A stretch of DNA of 64,000 bases from a virus. The position numbers and the translations under genes are program-made. Under the pieces are notes generated by a model. It saw only the letters and a list, made by a program, of their open reading frames with translations, had not been told where the DNA came from and did not search any database. Positions 8,065-17,909 of this stretch are shown in pieces (the first letter of the stretch is position 1; each line of letters begins with the position of its first letter). The stretch lies in the IMG/VR virus record IMGVR_UViG_3300045988_176431, positions 32,001 through 96,000 of that record; one strand, written 5' to 3'.

Positions 8065-10455
8065 ATGGGTAAGACAAAAAGAAATGTTTATTTAAATCCA
8101 CGACGTGGTGAAAAACAAAGTTTTGATGTTGCTCTTGCTTGTGAAGAGTGGTCAAAAGTATTTGGTGCAAATAAAAATATTTTTCGAACGACACCATCTA
8201 TGATTGATTCATTAAAACCAGTACAGTTAAGAATTTTGTATTGCCTTTATATGAGTGATAATCATGGAATGAAGAATCGTAAAGCAGCAGCTGTTACTGG
8301 TGAAGTAATGGGTAAATATCACCCACATGGAGATGCATCTATTTATGAAAGTATTGTAAAGATGTGTCAACCTTGGAAAAATCATGTTACTCTATTAGAT
8401 GGACATGGTAATTTTGGATCCATTGCAGGTGATTCTGCAGCCGCTATGCGTTATACTGAAGTGAAGATGAGTAAGTTTGCGATGGATTGTTTCTTTAGTG
8501 ATTTCGAAAGAACGAATATTCCAACACGTGAAACTTATACAGGAGATTCAACAGAACCAATTTATCTCCCATCTAAGTATCCAGTAATTTTATTTAATCC
8601 ATCATTTTCTGGAATTGGATTTGGACTTGCATCTAATATTCCACCTTTTAATCCAAAAGAAGTAATGGATGCAACAATTACGTTGATTCGAGATAAGAAA
8701 GCAAAAATTCGTTTGATTCCAGATTCACCAACTGGATGTGATATTATTGATACTGGCTATTTTGACCAGATTAATAAGACTGGTAAAGGAAAAATTATGA
8801 TGCAGGCTACTTATGATATTGATTATCAGGCAAATATTGTGACCTTTACATCAGTTCCTTTACAGGTTGGGACAAAAAATGTAATCGCATCTATTGTTAA
8901 GATGAAAAAAGAAGGAAAACTGGATGAGATTGTTGATGTTACAGATAGAACAGCAAATTCAAAAGTAGACTTCTCTTTAATCTTAAAGAAAGATGTGAAT
9001 CCAGATAAGTTTGTTGAAAAGTTATTTAAGAAGAAATGTGGACTTCGTGAAGGATTTTCTTGTGAAATTCAAGTAATTGATGATTTTGCACCAAGACTTC
9101 TTGGAGTAAAGAAGATTCTTCTTGAATGGATTGATTATCGAAGAGATTGTATTCATTCTATTTATAATAACTATTTGATGAAGTATCAAACAGATTATCA
9201 TATGAATCTTATCCTTATGAAGATTTTCAATAAAGATAATATTGAAAAGACAATTAAGATTTCAAGAAACTCAAAAACAAAAGCTGAGATGAAAGAGAAT
9301 CTTATAAAAGCATACGGAATCACAACACTTCAGGCTGAAGCAATCTCTAATATGAGAACAAGTGATTTCGTAAAGGATAAGTATAAAGAGTACGAAGAAA
9401 AAGATAAAGACCTTACTGAAAAAATTAAGAAAGTAGAAAAAGTTCTTGATTCTGATCATGAGGTAGATAAAATCATTATCAAACAATTAGAAGATGGAAT
9501 TCGTAAGTATGGCGGTCCTAGATTATCCCGTGTCATTAAAGAGGGAGAAGAAGAACTGATTCCAAATACGAATTATTTGATTGGAATTAGTAAGGATGGT
9601 TATATTAAGAAAATTTCAGCAGATGAATATGTATCAATTGGTTCTGTTGGAAAAACATCTTCAGTATCAGCAATCAAAATCAATAACCGAGATAATCTTC
9701 TAGTTTTTGATAGTCTTGGTAATATATCAAGGGTTATGGTTTCTATTATTCCTGATATGAAATATGATGAAAATGGAATTGAACTTGCTAGATTCCTTAC
9801 TACAAGTGGTGAAATTGTTACTATTATGAAAGAAAGTGAAGTCAAGGAATGTGTAAATTCTAACATCATGTTAGTAACACAAAATGGATTCGGTAAAAAA
9901 GTATCTTTATCTGAATTTAAGAACTTAACAGACCAAAAAGTTTCTATCACATTGAATGAGGGTGATAAGTTAGTTTCAGCAATTCCATCAATTGAGAGTG
10001 ATGACATTATTGTATACACAAACTTTGGTGATGGTATCAGACTTTCAACTGACGAATTTAAATTATATGGTAAAACTGCAAAAGGCTTGAATTTAATTTC
10101 TTTGAAACAGAATGAAAAAGTCATTGGAATGGATGTTATTGATAATACAAAAGAGAAAGATAAATTAGTATATATCACAACATCTGGTAGATTGAAAATG
10201 ACAAAAACGGAATATTTCCCTGTTATGAAGAGAAAAGATGAAGCATTAGCACTTTTATCATTAGAGAGTGGGGAACAACTTTTGAATGTATTCTCAGTTT
10301 CTGGAAAAGAAAGAATTGAATGTTATAGAAAGAAATCAAAACCAGTTACTGTTGAATTAAAGGATGTTCCAATTAAGACACGTATTTCAAAAGCTGAAAA
10401 GATTATAAAGACACCAAAAGGTGATGAAGTATTGGCTTGTAAGTTAATACGATAA
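8065..10455 (+). CDS. gyrA: type IIA topoisomerase subunit A (GyrA/ParC family)
   Basis: Active-site motif AAMRYTE plus HPHGD. The C-terminal part has repeated beta-pinwheel-like blades. RBS AAGGAGGG. Confidence 0.9.
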   Translation: MGKTKRNVYLNPRRGEKQSFDVALACEEWSKVFGANKNIFRTTPSMIDSLKPVQLRILYCLYMSDNHGMKNRKAAAVTGEVMGKYHPHGDASIYESIVKMCQPWKNHVTLLDGHGNFGSIAGDSAAAMRYTEVKMSKFAMDCFFSDFERTNIPTRETYTGDSTEPIYLPSKYPVILFNPSFSGIGFGLASNIPPFNPKEVMDATITLIRDKKAKIRLIPDSPTGCDIIDTGYFDQINKTGKGKIMMQATYDIDYQANIVTFTSVPLQVGTKNVIASIVKMKKEGKLDEIVDVTDRTANSKVDFSLILKKDVNPDKFVEKLFKKKCGLREGFSCEIQVIDDFAPRLLGVKKILLEWIDYRRDCIHSIYNNYLMKYQTDYHMNLILMKIFNKDNIEKTIKISRNSKTKAEMKENLIKAYGITTLQAEAISNMRTSDFVKDKYKEYEEKDKDLTEKIKKVEKVLDSDHEVDKIIIKQLEDGIRKYGGPRLSRVIKEGEEELIPNTNYLIGISKDGYIKKISADEYVSIGSVGKTSSVSAIKINNRDNLLVFDSLGNISRVMVSIIPDMKYDENGIELARFLTTSGEIVTIMKESEVKECVNSNIMLVTQNGFGKKVSLSEFKNLTDQKVSITLNEGDKLVSAIPSIESDDIIVYTNFGDGIRLSTDEFKLYGKTAKGLNLISLKQNEKVIGMDVIDNTKEKDKLVYITTSGRLKMTKTEYFPVMKRKDEALALLSLESGEQLLNVFSVSGKERIECYRKKSKPVTVELKDVPIKTRISKAEKIIKTPKGDEVLACKLIR

Positions 10456-10463
10456 AAAATAAA

Positions 10464-10497
10464 AAGAAAGTATCCAAATTGGATACTTTCTTTTTTT
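10464..10497. terminator. bidirectional hairpin terminator
   Basis: Stem AAGAAAGTATCC / GGATACTTTCTT flanked by A and T runs, between convergent genes. Confidence 0.75.
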
Positions 10498-10888
10498 ATC
10501 TTCTGTTCAAGATACTTAATTCATTAATGAATTCTGAAATCTTATCATTAAAGATCAATGTTAATTTTTCTGGTTCAAAATCAATAACAGAAGGACATTC
10601 ATTAATGTATAATATTAATGACCAATAATCAACTGTTCCATACATCTCTAATGATACCCGTTTCGGCTGAAAACGAAATCTATTTTGTTCTTTTTCAGAT
10701 AATGGAACCGTATAAGTTAAGTCATCAAAGTATTCTTTATATTTTGAAAATAATGGATTGAAAGGTATTTTAATCGTTGTATCATTTTGATCATCTGTGA
10801 TAAAAGCACAAGAATTTAATACACGATGACCTACTAATGAATTTAAGCCAATTTCAATACTTTCTTCTATGGTTGGTGGATTATACAT
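10496..10888 (-). CDS. hypothetical protein
   Basis: 130-aa ORF with RBS GAGGTGA upstream on the minus strand. Confidence 0.7.
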   Translation of the reverse strand: MYNPPTIEESIEIGLNSLVGHRVLNSCAFITDDQNDTTIKIPFNPLFSKYKEYFDDLTYTVPLSEKEQNRFRFQPKRVSLEMYGTVDYWSLILYINECPSVIDFEPEKLTLIFNDKISEFINELSILNRR

Positions 10889-10899
10889 AATTTATCACC

Positions 10900-11430
10900 T
10901 CATTTTTCTTTGTATTCAATTCCTAATGTTAAGTTATTTGAATCTTCATAATAATTGTCAGGATTCACTAATAAAGTTTCATCATCCTTTTTCAATACAT
11001 CAAGATTTAATCTTGGAGTAATTTTATTTTCATTTTCAGTTGTTGACTCATTTGTTGAAATGTCTCTTATATTAGTATTAAAGTATACTTGCCGTAAACT
11101 ATCATTTGCATAAAATACATAAACTTTTTCACCATTTTTTAATCCATCTGAATAATTTGAATTACCCTCAGCTGTTGCTAATATGTAATTCAGAGTTCTT
11201 AATTTTGTTTTAGATGTTGGCATACAAGAGGATGCATTTGCAAAAATATAAGAGGGAGAATCGACTGGTACAATTTGTATTTCTTTCTCTTTTCCTTGTG
11301 GGATGCTTGACATTAATTTTGGAATATATAAAGGAATTTTATCTCCAGATTTCACCTTGGTATGGTTTCCTATTACATATCCAATACTAGCATCACTTAA
11401 ATCATAATTTAATGAAAGAGATGTTATCAT
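10900..11430 (-). CDS. hypothetical protein
   Basis: 176-aa ORF with RBS AAAGGGTGA. Confidence 0.7.
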   Translation of the reverse strand: MITSLSLNYDLSDASIGYVIGNHTKVKSGDKIPLYIPKLMSSIPQGKEKEIQIVPVDSPSYIFANASSCMPTSKTKLRTLNYILATAEGNSNYSDGLKNGEKVYVFYANDSLRQVYFNTNIRDISTNESTTENENKITPRLNLDVLKKDDETLLVNPDNYYEDSNNLTLGIEYKEK

Positions 11431-11539
11431 AATTCTTCACCCTTTCTTTTTTATTAAAGTAATGTCATAAAAAGAAAAAGATACTTTTCAATAGTGAGAA
11501 TCACAATACATTAAAATTTATATAGAAAGGGGTATACCT

Positions 11540-12733
11540 ATGGGTATATTATTAAATAATGAACAAATTTACGCTTGTTATGACATCGAGAATTGGTGGC
11601 ATAAATCAAGTAATCAATTATACGAAATTGATGGTCCTGCCGGTTCAGGAAAAACAACTTTGATTCGATATTTTATCGATAGAATTGGATTAAAATTAGA
11701 AGATGTATTATTTGTATCATATATGGGAAAAGCTGTATCACAAATGGCTCGAAATGGTCTTCCTGCTAGAACCATTCATTCTTCTATTTATGATTGTGAA
11801 AAAGTGATATGTAGAGATGAAGATGGTAAAATCATTTATCAACCAAGTGGAAAACCAAAAAAGAAATTAACTTTTGTATTAAAAGATAAAATTCCAACAA
11901 ATCCAAAGTTAATTGTTATCGATGAAGCATTTATGGTTCCTGAAAAAACAGCAGAAGATATTTTATCATTTGGGATTCCTACGATTGCAACTGGTGATAC
12001 ACATCAGTTACCTCCAGTATTTGGTAACCCATATTTCTTAAATAATCCAAATACTTCATTGAAACAAGTAATGAGGCAAAAAGAGGGAGACCCTATCATT
12101 TATCTTTCTCAAGAGTTATTACATCATCGACCTTTAAAAGAGGGTGTATATAAAAAGTCATGTGTAATTCCGAAAAAGAACTTAACAGATTTTATGTTAA
12201 AGTCTGCAGATGTAATTATTACAGGAACAAATCGATTGAGAAGTTCGATTAATAATCTTTTTCGAGAATCTTTTTTGGATTTACCTACATTGGAATATCC
12301 AAATTATGGTGAAAAGATTATTTGCAGAAGAAATGATTGGTCAAAATTTATTCGAGAGAATGGAGAAATTTATTTAACAAACGGATTGTCTGGTACGGTT
12401 GATTATGTTGATAGAGAAACCTATAATAAAAACTCTATCAATATTGATTTTAAACCAGATTTTACAAATAAGAATTTTAAGAATATTAAGGCAAGTATTC
12501 CTTATATTAACATGAAACTTGGTACAGAAGAATCTGCTAATTTTTATGCACCACCAGGTGTTAATTTATTTGAATATGCTTATGCTATAACAACACATCT
12601 TTCTCAGGGCTCTCAATATGACAATGTTGTCTTCTTAAAAGAGAAGAATTTCTTTAATAATGAGAAAGATTATTATCGTTTACTTTATACCGCAGTAACA
12701 AGAGCACGAGAAAGTATTACTTATGTTGTATAA
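11540..12733 (+). CDS. SF1 DNA helicase (Dda/RecD-like)
   Basis: Walker A GPAGSGKTT, Walker B VIDEAFMV, and the C-terminal TTHLSQGSQYDNV and YTAVTRAR motifs. Confidence 0.85.
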   Translation: MGILLNNEQIYACYDIENWWHKSSNQLYEIDGPAGSGKTTLIRYFIDRIGLKLEDVLFVSYMGKAVSQMARNGLPARTIHSSIYDCEKVICRDEDGKIIYQPSGKPKKKLTFVLKDKIPTNPKLIVIDEAFMVPEKTAEDILSFGIPTIATGDTHQLPPVFGNPYFLNNPNTSLKQVMRQKEGDPIIYLSQELLHHRPLKEGVYKKSCVIPKKNLTDFMLKSADVIITGTNRLRSSINNLFRESFLDLPTLEYPNYGEKIICRRNDWSKFIRENGEIYLTNGLSGTVDYVDRETYNKNSINIDFKPDFTNKNFKNIKASIPYINMKLGTEESANFYAPPGVNLFEYAYAITTHLSQGSQYDNVVFLKEKNFFNNEKDYYRLLYTAVTRARESITYVV

Positions 12734-12795
12734 AATTTAGTCATTCTTTTTAGTTATGTAATATATTTTTGTATTAAACTAGAAAGGATGATAAT

Positions 12796-12894
12796 ATGAA
12801 GACATTGAAAAAGAACATAAAAGAATTATTTGAAGATATTAGAGAAGCATTTATTGAATTAGATGATGCAATCTCTAATATCTTCATTTCTTAG
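12796..12894 (+). CDS. small ORF (32 aa)
   Basis: RBS AAAGGA 7 nt upstream. MKTLKKNIKELFEDIREAFIELDDAISNIFIS. Below the ORF-track cutoff. Confidence 0.45.
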   Translation: MKTLKKNIKELFEDIREAFIELDDAISNIFIS

Positions 12895-12907
12895 GAGGTG
12901 AAAAAAT

Positions 12908-13021
12908 ATGATTCGTGATGTACTTAAAGTAATTTTAGCAGCTGATTTGTTTGTATTTATTCTAGCAATTATTTTACTTATCATTGCTTTTATTATTTGT
13001 AGGATTAAGAGAAAAAAGTGA
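12908..13021 (+). CDS. small membrane protein (37 aa)
   Basis: Strong RBS GGAGGTG 7 nt upstream. MIRDVLKVILAADLFVFILAIILLIIAFIICRIKRKK contains one TM helix. Confidence 0.55.
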   Translation: MIRDVLKVILAADLFVFILAIILLIIAFIICRIKRKK

Positions 13022-13031
13022 GGCTAAATAT

Positions 13032-13577
13032 ATGAAGTTATATGTTTTTTACATGATACGAAATGTAAAGAAAGAACTTATCGATACACCGATCATGTAT
13101 GCTATTACAGATGATTCTGACTATGCAAAAGCGTTTGAAAGAACGAGAAATATGAAATATTTCTATAAAAAAGAAATTGAGTGTAGTAGAAAAGAAGCCA
13201 TGAAAGAAATGGACCGAGCAAGGGCACCTATACTTACTTTAACGACTTTAAAAACTCAGAAAAGTAATATGAGTACAAAAGTTTCTCTTGTTTGTACATG
13301 GGAAGAAGAATCAAGAGTCTTGCTAGACGCACCTAGTATTTATTTTAATCATGTCTCTAAAAACATGATTAATCCTGATGTTTTCTCGGATAAAGTAAAA
13401 ATGTATTTAGATGATATTGATTATTTAAATACTTGGCGATACCAAGAATCTAAAAATGATCCTATACTTACAGAAGAATTTATGTTTTCATCAGATAATT
13501 ATATTATCTCAAGAAATATTGATGAGCTTATGATTTTTCTAAAGTCTTATGGGTGGATGATGAAAATTGATGAATGA
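13032..13577 (+). CDS. hypothetical protein
   Basis: An internal ATG (MKLYVFYM) preceded by GTGAGG is preferred over the 12984 start. Confidence 0.65.
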   Translation: MKLYVFYMIRNVKKELIDTPIMYAITDDSDYAKAFERTRNMKYFYKKEIECSRKEAMKEMDRARAPILTLTTLKTQKSNMSTKVSLVCTWEEESRVLLDAPSIYFNHVSKNMINPDVFSDKVKMYLDDIDYLNTWRYQESKNDPILTEEFMFSSDNYIISRNIDELMIFLKSYGWMMKIDE

Positions 13578-13592
13578 GAAAGGATGATAAAA

Positions 13593-14582
13593 ATGGCAAA
13601 TAGTGAAATTATGAATTCCCTTACAACGATTGTATATTTGACTGAAAAAGTAAAAGAATATGAAGATGGATATTTGAAACGTAATTATTTTAATATGCAG
13701 AAATGTTGTAAGTTTTTATTTGATGTACTTGGGGTAGAAGAGGTTTCTAAACATCTTAAAAACCCATATAAGAAACACTTTTTAGCGTATACCACAGGTG
13801 TAAAAGATGATACTATTAATTCAAAAGCAACAGAAAGTTTAGTAAAGCAATCTATGTTTCTTCTTATTAAAGTCTATTTAAAGAAAGGCTATCATATAGA
13901 TGAACTGGAGAAATACCTTTCTATGAAATTACCAACTGAAAAACTGATTATTAAAAGTTTCAATGTTTGGTATAATAAGAAAAAAGAAGATGTTAAAAAA
14001 ATTCTTAAAGTGAATATTTCTTATAAGAAGAATGATACTAAAGTAATTAAACTTATCGATGAAATATTGAAGAAAACAAATGATGAAATTGTTGATGAAT
14101 TTCTTAAATCAGGATATAATTCTGTTATTTTTGATAATAGATATATAAATCAATCAGAGTTTCAGCAGTATAATGCTAAAATAAAAGAAATTGTAAACGA
14201 TATAAAGACATTTAAAAATGAACCAAAGAAATTAGAAAAGGCAAGAAATAAACTTGGTAAAAAATTGAGAAATCGATATCGGTATCGGAAATCTTATTTT
14301 CAGAATTTAGATAAAGATAATTTTTCCGCATTCATGGATATGATTGATACTGTAATTGCACAGAATAAGAATTTTAATATCGTTTTGAGTCAATTTGGAT
14401 ATGAAGAAAAAAACCTTGTAGATTATGATGAACTTATTAAGGAATTTCTTACATATTTTAAAGAAGAAACTTTTGCTTCTTTAACAAAGAGGGTTATTGT
14501 TGAACGAAAGAAAGCGAAACAGAAACAAATCGAATGTGCTCAGAATGAAGATTTAGCATCATCAATTTCAAATTTGATTTAA
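13593..14582 (+). CDS. hypothetical protein
   Basis: ATG (MANSEIM) 8 nt after GAAAGGA. Confidence 0.7.
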   Translation: MANSEIMNSLTTIVYLTEKVKEYEDGYLKRNYFNMQKCCKFLFDVLGVEEVSKHLKNPYKKHFLAYTTGVKDDTINSKATESLVKQSMFLLIKVYLKKGYHIDELEKYLSMKLPTEKLIIKSFNVWYNKKKEDVKKILKVNISYKKNDTKVIKLIDEILKKTNDEIVDEFLKSGYNSVIFDNRYINQSEFQQYNAKIKEIVNDIKTFKNEPKKLEKARNKLGKKLRNRYRYRKSYFQNLDKDNFSAFMDMIDTVIAQNKNFNIVLSQFGYEEKNLVDYDELIKEFLTYFKEETFASLTKRVIVERKKAKQKQIECAQNEDLASSISNLI

Positions 14583-14590
14583 TAGTTGAA

Positions 14591-14625
14591 AAGAGAGTAT
14601 GTAGAATTTATCTACATACTCTCTT
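14591..14625. terminator. bidirectional hairpin terminator
   Basis: 15-bp stem AAGAGAGTATGTAGA / TCTACATACTCTCTT. It overlaps the last codons of the primase gene. Confidence 0.75.
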
Positions 14626-15679
14626 TTTTTAATATGATATTTTCTTTTTTTACACCATAGTCTTTTGTTTTTACATTGTGATATAAATTAATCTTTTTAA
14701 ATAATGGTCTGTATTTTTTTAATACAGAATGTAAAAACTGAAAACTTGTAGGGTATACTTTATTTCTATTCTTTTTATCTTTGTTAAAAGTTTCATCATT
14801 ATCAGCAAATATATTAATTGTGATATTATCACCTACTAAGCCTAAATTAATAAGAAATGATATCATAGATGAATATTTGCTTCCACCGACTGCAATATTC
14901 ATTGTATTATCACTCAAATAATCAAAATGATTGGCAACACCAATACAGTCGAATACCCCTTCACTTAGGTTAATTGTTATCTCTTCTTTTGTCAAAATAT
15001 CAATTGGATTTTGTTTAATCGTATAGAATACACGATTTAAGTTACTATCTTTTGTTATCGGATATTTTATCCAAGAAATTTTATTTTTATTTGTAACATC
15101 TCGAAATAGAATATGTGAATTACCATTTGTCATAAATCCAACATAATCTCTTTGTATCATATTTAATACATAATTATTGAAAGGTCTATCTTTAATACGA
15201 TTCATTGCTAAAAAATCATATAGAGATGTAATTACTTTCATATTTTCAAATTCTTCTTTTGTAAATTTCTTTCCTAATCGGTTTGAAATATAATTTAGTT
15301 TTTCAGGCATTATTGTAATATCTGGTAATTTGAAATCAAAATCTACAATCAATGCTTCTTTCTTATATTTCTTAGACGTTCTTTTCATATTTAATAATTC
15401 ATTTTTTAATGAATTATCACAACCGATTAATTCTAATAACTCTTCTGTTATATAAGAACTAAATTCGCCACATTTAAAACAATTGTAAGCGATATTATAA
15501 TCGTTGTCTAAATCTATTTTTAAATATAAATGTCCTTCATTCATATTCTTTTGTGTGTCTCCACAAAATGGACATCTCATGCGATATTGTCCTTCATGGA
15601 CTTTTTTGAAATATTCACCATTTCGTTGTTTTTCATATAAGAAATCAATAAAATGTTGTTTTGCTTCTCTTGGGGTCAT
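14612..15679 (-). CDS. DNA primase (zinc finger + TOPRIM)
   Basis: Zinc-finger motifs CPFCGD...CFKCG. TOPRIM-like SEGVFDCIG and FADNDE. Start at MTPREAK after RBS AGGAGGG. Confidence 0.8.
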   Translation of the reverse strand: MTPREAKQHFIDFLYEKQRNGEYFKKVHEGQYRMRCPFCGDTQKNMNEGHLYLKIDLDNDYNIAYNCFKCGEFSSYITEELLELIGCDNSLKNELLNMKRTSKKYKKEALIVDFDFKLPDITIMPEKLNYISNRLGKKFTKEEFENMKVITSLYDFLAMNRIKDRPFNNYVLNMIQRDYVGFMTNGNSHILFRDVTNKNKISWIKYPITKDSNLNRVFYTIKQNPIDILTKEEITINLSEGVFDCIGVANHFDYLSDNTMNIAVGGSKYSSMISFLINLGLVGDNITINIFADNDETFNKDKKNRNKVYPTSFQFLHSVLKKYRPLFKKINLYHNVKTKDYGVKKENIILKKESM

Positions 15680-15831
15680 AAAAACCCTCCTATCTTTTTT
15701 CTTATTTAGTGAGTAGATAATGTGAGGAGATTTTTTTCTCCTCACATATCAACTTTGTGCATCAGCTAAATAAGTTTATTTTTAATCTAATCTTAATACA
15801 AGGTTTTTTTTATAATTGAAAATAATTATAG

Positions 15832-15842
15832 TTATATATTAT
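15832..15842 (+). promoter_or_regulatory. variant of the TTATATATTAT motif
   Basis: TTATATATTATATTT, 40 nt upstream of the 15886 gene. Confidence 0.4.
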
Positions 15843-15885
15843 ATTTATAGAATTAATGTAAAAAATATGAAAGGAAATGATGATT

Positions 15886-16857
15886 ATGAACAAAACGATG
15901 TATAAAAGATTACAGGCATTGGAAGGAAAACCTGTTAAAGAAAAAGAAAAGAAAGGAAAAAAGAAAAAGAAATATAGTCTTAAGAAAAAAGCAATCTATC
16001 AGATTCGACTTACTCAGTTTAAGATATTTTTATTTGAGGTAATCTGTATGATTAACGGATTTGATAAGGATGATTATCTTTATCATGATGGATTTACAAT
16101 GGATGTAAAATTCAAATTCAATAAACTTTTTAAAGAGTTATCTCTTCTTGGATTTGAAGAAGAGGAGAAAAATGATATTAATTCTTTGAAGTTTAGAGGA
16201 CGATTTGCTACTCGTATTTTGATTTACTTCTTCAAAAATATTGATAAGGTGATTGATGATATCACAAGTGATTGTGGTTATTATTCATGGGGTGATAAAA
16301 TCAGTTTCTTAAATAAATTGATGCAAAGAATTAATAAATTTGTAATCACCTACTTATCAAAAGATTACAATTACAAGGAGCATTTAGACAAACTCTTAGA
16401 GATTATGTATATTGATGATAGGAGAGATGTTGAAGCAACAAAAGTTTGTAAGACTTATGAAGTTCAGTCTGAGTTTGTAAAAAGGGCATGTAAAACAAAA
16501 GAGTATGATGAAGATGTTATGATTAATAACATTACTAAGTTAGCCTATGTAATGGCGACAAATAAAATGAATATTAAAAAATGTGCAGAATATGAGGAGG
16601 GTATTACAATAAGAGATAAAGAAGCGATGAAGAATCAAATTGGTCAGTTAGGATATGCTATTTTAAAAAGGAGGGTGAAAGAACCAACGACATCTGCTTA
16701 TAAAGCATTTGGAAAAGCAAATCCTCTGTTTTATAGTAGATTTAATTCAGTAAATGAGGAGGTTGAATTAAATATAGGAACAAAAGCATTAGTATTTTTG
16801 AAGGTATTAATGGATGATCCATATGTGAATAAGTTTATTGATAAAATGATTGCATAA
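15886..16857 (+). CDS. hypothetical protein
   Basis: ORF with RBS AAAGGAA. The start could be 15877, 15880 or 15886. Confidence 0.7.
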   Translation: MNKTMYKRLQALEGKPVKEKEKKGKKKKKYSLKKKAIYQIRLTQFKIFLFEVICMINGFDKDDYLYHDGFTMDVKFKFNKLFKELSLLGFEEEEKNDINSLKFRGRFATRILIYFFKNIDKVIDDITSDCGYYSWGDKISFLNKLMQRINKFVITYLSKDYNYKEHLDKLLEIMYIDDRRDVEATKVCKTYEVQSEFVKRACKTKEYDEDVMINNITKLAYVMATNKMNIKKCAEYEEGITIRDKEAMKNQIGQLGYAILKRRVKEPTTSAYKAFGKANPLFYSRFNSVNEEVELNIGTKALVFLKVLMDDPYVNKFIDKMIA

Positions 16858-16883
16858 CAAATTTAAAAAAGGAGGATATAGTT

Positions 16884-17417
16884 ATGATGTTTTATGATAC
16901 AGTAGAGACAGGCGAAGATGAAATTATTATTGAGAGTGATAGAGTTTATAGTCCAAAATTAGGAACAGGTATTGCCACTATTGAAAGCCCTATTCATAAT
17001 ATACCAACAATGAATATGAATATTGCAAATTTTGTTATTGATATAAAATATAAACGAGGTCATCAGCGGATTGATCGCAAATACAAAAATGAAATAGATT
17101 TGCATAATAAACTTAATGAACTCGAACAGTTTTTAATTAAAGTTAAAAAGTGCTATAATGATCCAAGACCAATTTTCGCATTCAATTGTTTGATTAAACC
17201 AAGTGAAATTGTTTCAGTATCTGCAACTGTACGTGAATTGAATATTTCTGAAGAAAGAAAATATATTGAAAAAGGTTTAACAAAAGATGAAATCGATATC
17301 TTAGAATCAAGTGACATTGAATGGTTTCCTGAAAATATAACAGACTCAACTTACGATATTAGAGTTTTTAGTGAAGATGAGTATGAGAAAGTATTACAAT
17401 TACTTGGTCGTAAATAA
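16884..17417 (+). CDS. hypothetical protein
   Basis: RBS AAAGGAGG 8 nt upstream. Confidence 0.75.
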   Translation: MMFYDTVETGEDEIIIESDRVYSPKLGTGIATIESPIHNIPTMNMNIANFVIDIKYKRGHQRIDRKYKNEIDLHNKLNELEQFLIKVKKCYNDPRPIFAFNCLIKPSEIVSVSATVRELNISEERKYIEKGLTKDEIDILESSDIEWFPENITDSTYDIRVFSEDEYEKVLQLLGRK

Positions 17418-17434
17418 TAAAGGAGGTGATAATT

Positions 17435-17644
17435 ATGGATGCTGAAAACGAATTGGAGAAATATGCTGAAGAGATTTTAAGAAAGCAATTCTCAAAAGAT
17501 AATGATGTTATGAAAACACTCATTATCCCAACATTGATTGGGTTAGGATTTGGTGGATTACTTTGTACCATTTCCGAAAGATGTCAGATGAAGAAAAGAA
17601 TTAGAGATTTAGAAAATCGTGTTTATGAATTGGAGGAAAAATGA
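17435..17644 (+). CDS. small membrane protein
   Basis: RBS AGGAGGTG 7 nt upstream of MDAENE. TM segment LIIPTLIGLGFGGLLCTI. Confidence 0.7.
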   Translation: MDAENELEKYAEEILRKQFSKDNDVMKTLIIPTLIGLGFGGLLCTISERCQMKKRIRDLENRVYELEEK

Positions 17645-17862
17645 TGTTAAAAGTTAGTAAAAAATTTGAACTTGATGAACTGAAAACTGTATTGAAAAAT
17701 TATTATAATGAATCAGAGATTTCAGAAATTGAACAAGTATTGGTTGAGAATGATGCATGGTCTGATGGACATATTGTAATCTTATCTGTTACAGCAGCAA
17801 ATGCTCAATATCATGATAAGTTTCGTGTAGTTGCACCTGAAACTTATGATGTATTCTTTTAA
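17641..17862 (+). CDS. hypothetical protein
   Basis: ATGA overlap with the upstream gene. RBS GGAGGA. Confidence 0.7.
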   Translation: MMLKVSKKFELDELKTVLKNYYNESEISEIEQVLVENDAWSDGHIVILSVTAANAQYHDKFRVVAPETYDVFF

Positions 17863-17870
17863 CAAGTAAA

Positions 17871-17904
17871 AAAGAGTAGTGAGAATTTAATCTCACTACT
17901 CTTT
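17871..17904. terminator. bidirectional hairpin terminator
   Basis: 14-bp stem AAAGAGTAGTGAGA / TCTCACTACTCTTT followed by a T run. Confidence 0.8.
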
Positions 17905-17909
17905 TTTTA

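Noticed and set aside
9600-10178. Long antisense ORFs. Examples are 9600-10178, 1672-1941, 57934-58305, 33662-33943 and 37137-37442, plus the plus-strand shadows 25516-25728 and 49562-49762.
   Set aside because: They lie fully inside well-supported genes on the opposite strand. Their translations are low-complexity and Phe/Ile/Leu/Ser-rich, as expected for the antisense of AT-rich coding DNA, and they have no RBS.
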